A DNA stretch of 64,000 nt. Source: Thermoanaerobaculia bacterium (GTDB lineage Bacteria > Acidobacteriota > Thermoanaerobaculia > Multivoradales > UBA5704). Location: NCBI GenBank assembly GCA_044226625.1, contig JBGAGQ010000015.1:1-64000 (forward strand). The letters are read 5' to 3'. The translations under genes were made by a program, and so were the position numbers. The notes beneath the pieces were generated by a model. That model was not told the DNA's origin and ran no database searches. It saw nothing but the letters and a program-made list of their open reading frames with translations. Shown in pieces: positions 18,480-26,717 of the stretch. The number at the start of each line of letters is the position of its first letter. Position 1 is the stretch's first letter.

Positions 18480-20468
18480 TCATCGGTCTTGGAGCCGGAA
18501 GACCCCCGCGCCGTAGGTCGGGTCGTAGATCAATCCCGGCCGTGCAGGATCGGCGACCAGGGGACCGAACGACCTGTCCAACGGGAGTCCGACGTTGACC
18601 GCCGTCCAACCGTGCCCCGGCCGCAGCCGATAGACGCCGGCATACCAGAGGGAAATGTAGAGGTCCCCTTTGGCGTCAAGGACCAAATTCGAGATCGCGG
18701 GGTTCGTTCCGCCCGCGAGGAGCGGAAGGCCCGCGGACACTCGGTGGAAGGTTCGCCCGGCGTCGCCGCTGCGATAGACGCCGCTCCGATCGGTGCCGAG
18801 CCAAAGCGAACGGGAGCGCGGATCGAAGAGGAGAGCGGTCGGTTCCGCCCCCGAGATCTGATCGTGCGGGTCCGACCGCAAGGTCCAGGTCTCGCCGCCG
18901 TCGGTGCTCCGGTCGATCGCGTCGTAGCGGAGCCGGAAGACGACCTTGGGGTGAGCGGGATCGAAGGTGAGGTCGTTCAGATATTCGAAGGATTGAAACT
19001 CGATCCAGGTGCGGCCGCCGTCGACGCTTCGGAAGGCGAACCCGTTTTCGGACGACCCGCTGCCCAGGGTGATGCCCGCCCAGATCACGTCCGGCTGGCC
19101 AGGATCGACCTTGAACACGGTGATCCCACTATGCGGAAGACGGCTCAAGGTCGTCCAGCTGTTCCCGCGGTCGTCGCTGACGCCGAAATCACCGCCGAAC
19201 GCGTACACCCGGCCGGGGTGGTGCGGATCCGCCGCCATCACCGGAGCCTCGAATCCGGGCTGGCTCGGCAGCCGCCGCCAGGTGTCGCCCGCGCGATCGA
19301 TTCGGAAGAGGCCGTCCTCGAACGTCGCGAGCACGGTCCCTCGAGAATCGGGGAGCACGACGAGGTCGCCGACGATCCGTTCGGAGATGCCGCGGCTCGA
19401 CGGCGCCCATCGGGCTCCGCCGTCGGTTGAGCGCCAGATCCCCCGGCGACCGGAGGCGACCACCGTTTCGAGCGATCGGCCGGGCGCGTGAGGGAGCAGG
19501 ACCAGGCGGAAGAGCACGTCGTTCGGAATTCCCTGCCCGGGGAGAGGAGCGTTCGGCGAATTCCAATGGACGCCGTCCGACGAGACGAAGACTCCCATCT
19601 CGGTCGCGGCGTAGATCGAGCCCGAAGGTCCGAGCGCGTAGTCGTAGGCGAAATAGGTCGGAGGACGCGGGATCGGGCTCCAGGTCGCGGCTCGATCGGC
19701 CGTGCGGAAGAGCGCGCCGTCCCACTGCGCATAGAGGGTGCCGGCGTGGAAGAACAGACGCTCCGGTGCGTAGGGGCTCGAGAGTCCGACGCTCGGGGCG
19801 TGGCTCCACGTGGCGCCTCCGTCGTCGCTCCGGAAGATGCCGCGCTCGGCGCCCGAGCCATCGACGATCTCGTAGGCCGAGACGAACCAGCTCTGGGGAT
19901 TCGCGGGATCGCGGACGATCCCCGTGACCGCGAAGTCTTCGAGCGACCAGAGATCCCAGGTCGCGCCGCCGTCGAGGCTGCGGAAGACGCCGCGATCGGT
20001 TGCAGCATAGACCCTTCGCTCGGACCCCGGAACGAAGAGCAGAGAGTAGGTCGTGATGCTCGAACCGTCCGGTGATCGTGGCGGTTTCGCGGCCTGCGTC
20101 CAGGTCGATCCGCCGTCTCGGCTCCGCCAGATCGCGCCGGAACCGGCGGAGAGCAGGACGAAGTCCGGATCGCGCGGAGCGACCGCGACCGTGACGATGC
20201 CCGCGCCACCGAGCCCGTCGCGGATCGACTGCCACGTGAGGCCGCCGTCGCGGCTCCGAAACAAGCCGGTCGCCGCGTCTTGGCTGATCGCGTAGAGCCG
20301 CTGTCGATCGGAAGGCGCCTGCGCGAGATTGCGGACGAGGCCGCCGGAAGGTCCCAGGGGAACCCAACGCTCTTCCGCCTGGGACGGCGCCGAAAGCGCG
20401 GCGCACAAGGCGAAGGCTGCGGTTGCGCGAAGTCCAAGTCTCTGCGGTCGATTGCGCAGATCGCTCAT
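18480..20468 (-). CDS. Secreted BNR/Asp-box beta-propeller protein, paralog of 16282-18297
   Basis: Signal peptide; RWVP.GP.GG start of mature part and ADPARPG.IY..TYG end shared with neighbour. Confidence 0.88.
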   Translation of the reverse strand: MSDLRNRPQRLGLRATAAFALCAALSAPSQAEERWVPLGPSGGLVRNLAQAPSDRQRLYAISQDAATGLFRSRDGGLTWQSIRDGLGGAGIVTVAVAPRDPDFVLLSAGSGAIWRSRDGGSTWTQAAKPPRSPDGSSITTYSLLFVPGSERRVYAATDRGVFRSLDGGATWDLWSLEDFAVTGIVRDPANPQSWFVSAYEIVDGSGAERGIFRSDDGGATWSHAPSVGLSSPYAPERLFFHAGTLYAQWDGALFRTADRAATWSPIPRPPTYFAYDYALGPSGSIYAATEMGVFVSSDGVHWNSPNAPLPGQGIPNDVLFRLVLLPHAPGRSLETVVASGRRGIWRSTDGGARWAPSSRGISERIVGDLVVLPDSRGTVLATFEDGLFRIDRAGDTWRRLPSQPGFEAPVMAADPHHPGRVYAFGGDFGVSDDRGNSWTTLSRLPHSGITVFKVDPGQPDVIWAGITLGSGSSENGFAFRSVDGGRTWIEFQSFEYLNDLTFDPAHPKVVFRLRYDAIDRSTDGGETWTLRSDPHDQISGAEPTALLFDPRSRSLWLGTDRSGVYRSGDAGRTFHRVSAGLPLLAGGTNPAISNLVLDAKGDLYISLWYAGVYRLRPGHGWTAVNVGLPLDRSFGPLVADPARPGLIYDPTYGAGVFRLQDR

Positions 20469-20828
20469 GGGGCTCTCGCTCCTCAAGGTTTTCGAGCCTG
20501 TAGACCGACGAACCGAACGGGCTCGAGATCGGCCGGGCCCACGGCCCGAGGTACCTCTGGAAAGTGAATGCTTGAACGAAGAAATCGTAGCGCCGCCCCG
20601 AGAGCGGGCGTGAGACCTTCCGACCCACGCCGTACGCGGGCCATCCCACCCGGCTGCACTTGGGCCTCGGGGAGGGAGAGGATTCTGGGAAGGACGGCCG
20701 GGCTTCGGCGCGTCCTGAATTCGACGTGGGCCGGTGAAGCGGCATTCAGCGTCCGTCTAGATAGCTAATTGGACCGGTCCGCGGTTACTTTCCGAGGACT
20801 CTCTTTCCGGCAGGAAAAGGAGAGGGTA

Positions 20829-21995
20829 TTGAAACCGTTGCTCAAAGCGCTGAGCAGTTACTTCCCGAATGGTTTACCCATGGACACCGGGGCCGTGGCC
20901 TGCCTTGCGCTGATCGCCACGTTCCTCGGGCTTCTGTTTTGGCAGGCCCTGAGTAAAGGGATGGCGACGAGGCTGGAAAATTGGTTCAAGGCTCATTCCC
21001 AGATGGCGATCCTCCTGTTCGCGAGCACGCTGCCCCTCCTTGCTTGTTTCGTAACGCGGTCCTGGTACGCCGCAGGAATCGTGTCGGTCGTCGGGTTGGC
21101 GGCGCTCCTCCTGGAGGTTGTGGGAAAGCTCAAATGGCGGCTGCGCTTCGTCGTGCTGGCGATGGGCTTCGTGGTCGTCGCGGCGGCGGGGTTCCAGTTT
21201 TGGCGGGACTGGCGAATACGAACGATCGAAGACCGGCGCCTCAAGGTCTACGTCATCCTGCCGGTGGCGTTACCGCTGCAGGCTCGGCTGGACGACGACG
21301 AAAAACAGAGGGTAATCCTGTCGAAGAGGCTGCGGGAGGAGATCGGAGACATCTTTCTCCCGATCGTCGACATTACGGTCAGGCCGGCGACCTATTCGCT
21401 GAACGACCTGGACGATTGGAAAGAGATGCGGGCGGCGGTCGAGAGGGTCCGCCGCGAAGGCCTTCAGGCAGATCTCGTGATGGTGAACGAAGCCAGCATG
21501 ACCGGTGCCGATGAGATCTTCTTGAGCCTGGTGATGAGGGTCAAGGTGCATTCACCGGACGGAGGCGAAGATGGATTCGAGGATCTGGCGCAGATCAGCC
21601 AGCTCGGGCGGCTCAGGAATCTGTCCTACCTGGCGCTGCGCGCCAGCCTGCAGATGATCGAGGGTCTTCGAGGGACGGCGCTCGCGCTCACGATCGAGGA
21701 CGAGAACCGGATCTCCCGCAGGATTCTCGAGAGATATCAGTCCCTACTCGACCTAGGGAAGGCCGAGGAGCCCGCGCCTCCCATTGTTGCGCAGGCGGTG
21801 CAACAGGGCCTGCGGTCCAAGGTGCTCTCCTACGCCCGGGTCAAGGAGCTCGTCAACGCCTATCCGTACGATGAGAGCGAGCGTTTGCGAGAGCTCCGCG
21901 AGCCCCGTTCGCGTGTCTGGCTCAGCCGGATCGAGGGTCTGGACCTGCCCGTCATGGCGACTCTCAAACCTGCGGCGACGACGGAGGGACTATGA
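20829..21995 (+). CDS. Hypothetical membrane protein (about 4 N-terminal TM helices plus soluble domain)
   Basis: TTG start after AAGGAGAGG SD; hydrophobic N-terminal segments; stop overlaps next start (ATGA). Confidence 0.75.
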   Translation: MKPLLKALSSYFPNGLPMDTGAVACLALIATFLGLLFWQALSKGMATRLENWFKAHSQMAILLFASTLPLLACFVTRSWYAAGIVSVVGLAALLLEVVGKLKWRLRFVVLAMGFVVVAAAGFQFWRDWRIRTIEDRRLKVYVILPVALPLQARLDDDEKQRVILSKRLREEIGDIFLPIVDITVRPATYSLNDLDDWKEMRAAVERVRREGLQADLVMVNEASMTGADEIFLSLVMRVKVHSPDGGEDGFEDLAQISQLGRLRNLSYLALRASLQMIEGLRGTALALTIEDENRISRRILERYQSLLDLGKAEEPAPPIVAQAVQQGLRSKVLSYARVKELVNAYPYDESERLRELREPRSRVWLSRIEGLDLPVMATLKPAATTEGL

Positions 21996-23749
21996 CTGGA
22001 CGTCACCTTCTCTCTGTCGCGGGCTGGCGGTTGTTCGTCGCCTTTTTCGCGGTCCTCCTGTTCGCGGTGGCGTACAGCCGAGCAGCCCGGCGGGGCACAT
22101 TGGGCGACGAGTTTCAGTACATCCCGCGCGAAAGCGTGCTGGTCGCGGCTACCGGCGACATCGAGAGCCTGTGGAAGGGGCTCGAGTCGCACCTCCAGAA
22201 CGCCTTGCGCACCTCCGTCGAAGGCCAAGGTCTTCTCGGCGAGCTCAAGAAGGAGGTCCGTGAGAGCAAGGTCGACCTACCCGGCCTCGCGGACCTCGGA
22301 GCCTGGGGAATCGACGTCCATCGCGGAATTCTGGTCAGCGGCTACCGCGTAACCACCGCCTACGATCAATTCCTGGTGGTTCTTCCGATCTCGGATGGTA
22401 AGCGGTTGCTGAAGATCGCCAATGAGAAGCTAGGCCTGCGCCCGAACAAGCTTTTCCACTGGCGGTATCCGAGGGGGAGGACGTACGACGTATACGGCTT
22501 CGACGACGAGTTCTTCGTCGCCGTTCCGGAACCGGGAATCTGCGTCGTCAGCCGGTCCCTCGACCTGATGAGGCGAAGCCTACTTCTTCGGCGCGAAAAC
22601 CTCGCGTTCGCAAACTCGAACGACGGGTTGTACCAGGCGGTGAAACGGCGCCTCAGAGGACCGTTGCTCGCCGGTCCCAATGTCTTCGTGTATTGGCAGA
22701 GCCGGACCGCACCCTTCAGCGAACGGACCGGTGTCATTCGGGTGGAGCCGAAGGAATTGCGAGTTGAAGCCGACGTCGAGCTTTCCGGCGCGTCGGTCCG
22801 AATCTTCGACGCGCTCCGTACGAGCAATCCCGACCCCTTCGACTGGGCCCGCAAGCTGCCGACCGACACCCTGGCGGCCGTCATGGCCGAGGACCGTCAG
22901 CTCGACCTGTATAAACATTTCCTGGCCGAGCAAGTTCTTCACGAGGATCTTTCGATTCCGGACGTCACGCGGCTCCTTTTCGCCGTGACGGATTTTGAGG
23001 ATGGGCTGCCGGACGTTCTGGTCGGTCTTTGGGGGAATCGCGACCAGTTGGAGAAGGTGGCGAGCGACCTCCAGCGGCGCTTACGCGGGGATCGCGACCT
23101 GAAGCTGCTCAACGGCGCGCTGAGGGGCTATCGCGATCGTGGCGGGCCCCCTCCATCCATCGCGGACCTCGAGCGACTCCGGTTGCTCGAGCCGGAATCG
23201 GATTCGCTCTTCCACCGCTATCCGATCCTGAAGGGCGAAGTGGGAAACCCGGAGTTTCAAGGGTCCGATTTCACCACACGCTCCTACGAACGCAGGTTGA
23301 ACGGCCAGCCCATCTTCTTCCTGGCGCCTCCCTTTACCGCCAACGATCTACGCTACCGGCAGGACTTGAAAGCGATGGGGCCGCGAGACCTCAAGAGCGA
23401 CCGCTATCGTGTCGCTTGCCTGTTCCTTCCCGATTCGCTCTGGATCGCCACCGATGTCAAGGACCTGGAGCGGCTCACGCTGCCGGAAGCGAAGGCGGGG
23501 CCTGGGCTTGAGTCCAACGCCTCGTACCAGGTCGCGAGCCGCGGCTGGCACAAGGGCGCCAAGGTACAGGCCTTCGCGGACCTCGATCGCCTGGTCTCGC
23601 TCGGTCTGCTCAACCCGGGAAGCGATCTGGAGTCCTTGGTTCGAGACCAATTCTTCGGAATCAATAACTATACGACCTTCGGCCTTGAGGCGGCGCCCTC
23701 GTCCGACAGCCAGCGGCTGGTCGTCAGAACGAGCTTGCAGAGTCGTTGA
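21992..23749 (+). CDS. Hypothetical exported or membrane-anchored protein, 585 aa
   Basis: N-terminal hydrophobic helix; translationally coupled to upstream gene. Confidence 0.78.
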   Translation: MTGRHLLSVAGWRLFVAFFAVLLFAVAYSRAARRGTLGDEFQYIPRESVLVAATGDIESLWKGLESHLQNALRTSVEGQGLLGELKKEVRESKVDLPGLADLGAWGIDVHRGILVSGYRVTTAYDQFLVVLPISDGKRLLKIANEKLGLRPNKLFHWRYPRGRTYDVYGFDDEFFVAVPEPGICVVSRSLDLMRRSLLLRRENLAFANSNDGLYQAVKRRLRGPLLAGPNVFVYWQSRTAPFSERTGVIRVEPKELRVEADVELSGASVRIFDALRTSNPDPFDWARKLPTDTLAAVMAEDRQLDLYKHFLAEQVLHEDLSIPDVTRLLFAVTDFEDGLPDVLVGLWGNRDQLEKVASDLQRRLRGDRDLKLLNGALRGYRDRGGPPPSIADLERLRLLEPESDSLFHRYPILKGEVGNPEFQGSDFTTRSYERRLNGQPIFFLAPPFTANDLRYRQDLKAMGPRDLKSDRYRVACLFLPDSLWIATDVKDLERLTLPEAKAGPGLESNASYQVASRGWHKGAKVQAFADLDRLVSLGLLNPGSDLESLVRDQFFGINNYTTFGLEAAPSSDSQRLVVRTSLQSR

Positions 23750-23761
23750 CGCGGAGGAACC

Positions 23762-24976
23762 ATGTCCCAGCTTTACTCCGTCCTGAGGCGAGAGCTCGAC
23801 CTCCTCTCGAGGCAGCGCATCGGCCTGATCCTGATCCTGTTGATGCCCGCAGCTCTCCTGGCGATCTTCGGCCGCGAGGGGGCGGTCCGTCCCGTGCGGA
23901 TCCTGGTGGCGGGCGTTCCCGGAGTCGAAGGAGTGAAACCTGACGTCGATCGGCTTCTCCTGATCCTTAGAGAATCGTCGGCCCTCACCGTCGCCACGGA
24001 GGCCCAGGCGGTCTTCGATCCTGTCGAGCGATTGGCGAACGGACCGTACGATCTGGTGCTGAACTACGAGGGAGACGAAGGCAAAGAGCTCTCGATCTAC
24101 ACCGCGGAAACCGACCCGCTCCGCATGGAGCGCCTCGAGCGGGTCGGTGCGGGCATCTTACGCGCCTCGGCGGTCATCGCCTCTCGGCGCGAGGCCGGAA
24201 AGCATTGGAAGCCGCTGTTCGGGGAGGTCGCGTGGTCGCAGCCGGCCCTGTATGAGGACCTGTTCATGCTCGGTACGTTTCCGGTGAATCCCCTGTTCGA
24301 GTACTTTCCCCAAGCGGCCGATCCACGGCTCAGCGGGTTGCCGAGCTTTCTCTCGGTCGTCTTGATCCTTCTGCCGTTGTTGTTCGTCACGGTTCGAGCC
24401 CGGGAATCCGAACCGCCGGCCGTGGTCGAGAGTTGGGGCGATGCGGTGGCGATCGCCCTGGGGCGATCTCTTGCCGCCTGCACGATCACGTTGGCGAGTT
24501 TCTTCTTGCTTTTGATCGTCATGGAGTCGAGCTTCGGGGTGCTGGTCAAAGCCGGCTTTCTCGGCATGATCGCCGTCCTGCTGCCCTCGATGCTGGCCTC
24601 GGCGTTCCTCGGCTTATGGTTTCCAAAGCTCATTCGCTCACCGTTGGGCGTCGTAGCGAGTTGTTTGGGGTTTTCGTTGCTCATTCTGTTGTCCGGGGGC
24701 CTGTGGAATCCTCCGGCCGACGATTCGTGGCCGGCGCAACTCGCCTCATCGTTCCTGCCCACCACCTTTTTGCGGCCCGTGCTCGGGCGCTGGATCTTCG
24801 GCGCGTTCCAGTACGACGGGGCGACGCTCGACGCCCTGGGCTGGCTCGGCCTGCAATGCCTGGTCTACGGCGCGATCGCCGTTTTCGCGTTGCGGCGGCC
24901 CGAGATCTCGGCGAAGTCGCCCGCCGTGGTGGTCAGTGGGAAGGTCTCCGGAGAGGTTGCGACCCTCGAAGCTTAG
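23762..24976 (+). CDS. ABC-2 type transporter permease-like protein
   Basis: LRREL start, 1 TM + extracytoplasmic loop + 5 TM topology, RES motif, LSGG..P, FLPTT. Confidence 0.75.
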   Translation: MSQLYSVLRRELDLLSRQRIGLILILLMPAALLAIFGREGAVRPVRILVAGVPGVEGVKPDVDRLLLILRESSALTVATEAQAVFDPVERLANGPYDLVLNYEGDEGKELSIYTAETDPLRMERLERVGAGILRASAVIASRREAGKHWKPLFGEVAWSQPALYEDLFMLGTFPVNPLFEYFPQAADPRLSGLPSFLSVVLILLPLLFVTVRARESEPPAVVESWGDAVAIALGRSLAACTITLASFFLLLIVMESSFGVLVKAGFLGMIAVLLPSMLASAFLGLWFPKLIRSPLGVVASCLGFSLLILLSGGLWNPPADDSWPAQLASSFLPTTFLRPVLGRWIFGAFQYDGATLDALGWLGLQCLVYGAIAVFALRRPEISAKSPAVVVSGKVSGEVATLEA

Positions 24977-25947
24977 GTCGGCGCGAGCGCTTGGAGGACC
25001 CTCTCGCGGGCCGCGTTGGAGCCCGAGAGAAGCAGGCCGACACGTCCTCCCCGTAGGTGTGGATACCGCAGCAGCGCCGCGAGGCCCACCGCGGCGGAGG
25101 GCTCGACGATCACCCGGAGGTTTGCGATCAATAGCCCCATCGCGGCGAGGATCTCCTCGTCGGAGACGACCACGACACCCGCGACGTCGCGGCGGATGAT
25201 CTCGAAGTTGAGCGCTCCCGGCTTCGGCGCGGTGAGGCCGTCGGCGATCGTCTGGATCGTCTCGGGCGTCGTGGGCGCACCCGCGGCGAGAGAGCGGACG
25301 AGGCCGTCCGCTCCCTCCGGCTGGACGCCCCATACCTCTGTATCTGGGGAGAGCCCTTTCGCCGCGAGCAGGGCGCCCGCGAGCAGGCCGCCGCCCGAGG
25401 TGGGGACGATCAAACGATCGAGCGGCGGGGCGTCTTCGAGCAGCTCCCAGGTCGCCGTGCCGGCTCCGGCGATCACCTTCGGGTCGTCGAAGGGATGGAT
25501 CAGCGTGAAGCCGTGCGCCTCGCGAAGCGCGGCGAGCCGGGCGAACGCCTGGGTGGCGTTGGTGACGCCATTCTTCTCGATCGTCGCCCCCATCCGGGCG
25601 ACCGCCGCGAGCTTTTCCGGCACCGCGTTTTCCGGCATCACGACGGTCAGGCGCGCTCCCGCTTCCCGCGCCGCCCAGGCGGCGCCGAGAGCGGCGTTGC
25701 CGGCCGAGACGGTGATCAGGCCGGCGGCGGTCTCGGAGGGGGAGAGCGAAAGGATCTTGTTCGTCGCGCCGCGCACCTTGTACGAGCCCGAGAGCTGAAG
25801 GCCCTCCGCCTTCCAATGCTGCTCGGAGCCGGCGAGCTCGTCGAGGATGGCGGAGCGGAGGACGGGAGTGCGGACCACGCGACCGGCGAGGGCGCGGCGG
25901 GCGGCGAAGACCTCGGCGACGGTGAGGAGGCTCATAAGGTCGAGCAT
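24973..25947 (-). CDS. PLP-dependent threonine/serine dehydratase family protein
   Basis: KAEGLQLSGSYKVRGA (PLP Lys), SAGN, HPFDD, GGGL, TIADG, EPS, SGSN. Confidence 0.92.
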   Translation of the reverse strand: MLDLMSLLTVAEVFAARRALAGRVVRTPVLRSAILDELAGSEQHWKAEGLQLSGSYKVRGATNKILSLSPSETAAGLITVSAGNAALGAAWAAREAGARLTVVMPENAVPEKLAAVARMGATIEKNGVTNATQAFARLAALREAHGFTLIHPFDDPKVIAGAGTATWELLEDAPPLDRLIVPTSGGGLLAGALLAAKGLSPDTEVWGVQPEGADGLVRSLAAGAPTTPETIQTIADGLTAPKPGALNFEIIRRDVAGVVVVSDEEILAAMGLLIANLRVIVEPSAAVGLAALLRYPHLRGGRVGLLLSGSNAARERVLQALAPT

Positions 25948-26030
25948 ACCCGGGGAGCCTCCTCATTTCGCCGTTCGGTCCCGGGTGCACAGCTCTGGTT
26001 TCGACGGAATCGTGAGAAAATCAATAGGCA

Positions 26031-26615
26031 ATGTCCGCAGAGCCCGTCGCCCGCCTTTCCGCCTTGGAGTACTTGGAGATCGAACGCGCCTCCGAGCTCA
26101 AGAGCGAGTTCCTGGACGGCGAGATGTTCGCCATGACCGGTGCGAGCTTCGCTCACAACCGGATCGGCGCGAACCTCCTTCGGTTGTTGGGCAACGCGCT
26201 ACGGTCCGGGCCCTGCCAGGTGGCGACCAGCGATCAGCGGGTGAAGATTGCCGCGACCGGCCTTTACACCTATCCGGACGCGGTCGTCGTCTGCGGTAGG
26301 CCGGAATTCGAAGAGGGTCGGACGCCGGATACGCTGCTCAATCCGGCGATGCTGGTCGAGGTGCTCTCGCCATCGACCGAGGCGACCGACCGGGGGAAAA
26401 AATTCGAGCATTACCGCGCGATACCGTCGCTCCGCGAGGTGATGTTCATCTCGCAGGATCAGCCGCTCGTCGAGCACTTTCGGCGCCTCACGGACGATCG
26501 CTGGCTGCTGACTCCGGTCGCGGGCCTCGAGGCCTCGGTCGAGTTGCCGACGTTCGAGGTGCGCCTACCGCTTGCCGAGATCTTCGAGCGGGTTCTGCCG
26601 CCGGCCGAGGTCTAA
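26031..26615 (+). CDS. Uma2 family (PD-(D/E)XK) endonuclease-like protein
   Basis: EFLDGEMFAM, HNRI, YPD, VEVLSPST, DRGKKFEHY. Confidence 0.92.
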   Translation: MSAEPVARLSALEYLEIERASELKSEFLDGEMFAMTGASFAHNRIGANLLRLLGNALRSGPCQVATSDQRVKIAATGLYTYPDAVVVCGRPEFEEGRTPDTLLNPAMLVEVLSPSTEATDRGKKFEHYRAIPSLREVMFISQDQPLVEHFRRLTDDRWLLTPVAGLEASVELPTFEVRLPLAEIFERVLPPAEV

Positions 26616-26717
26616 GCGATTCGCCGCGATTTCGTGTCTCTCCCTTTCGGTCGTGCGGAAGTCGAGCCCTTCCTTTTTGAAGTGGTAATTAAGCGGACGG
26701 TTACTTAGGAGATCCAC

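Noticed and set aside
20469-20828. Riboswitch or ncRNA in the divergent intergenic region
   Set aside because: No recognisable conserved aptamer or tRNA features by eye; an Rfam scan would be needed
26031-26615. Uma2 gene as a defence system or mobile element
   Set aside because: Solitary copy of a commonly expanded family with no partner or flanking repeats
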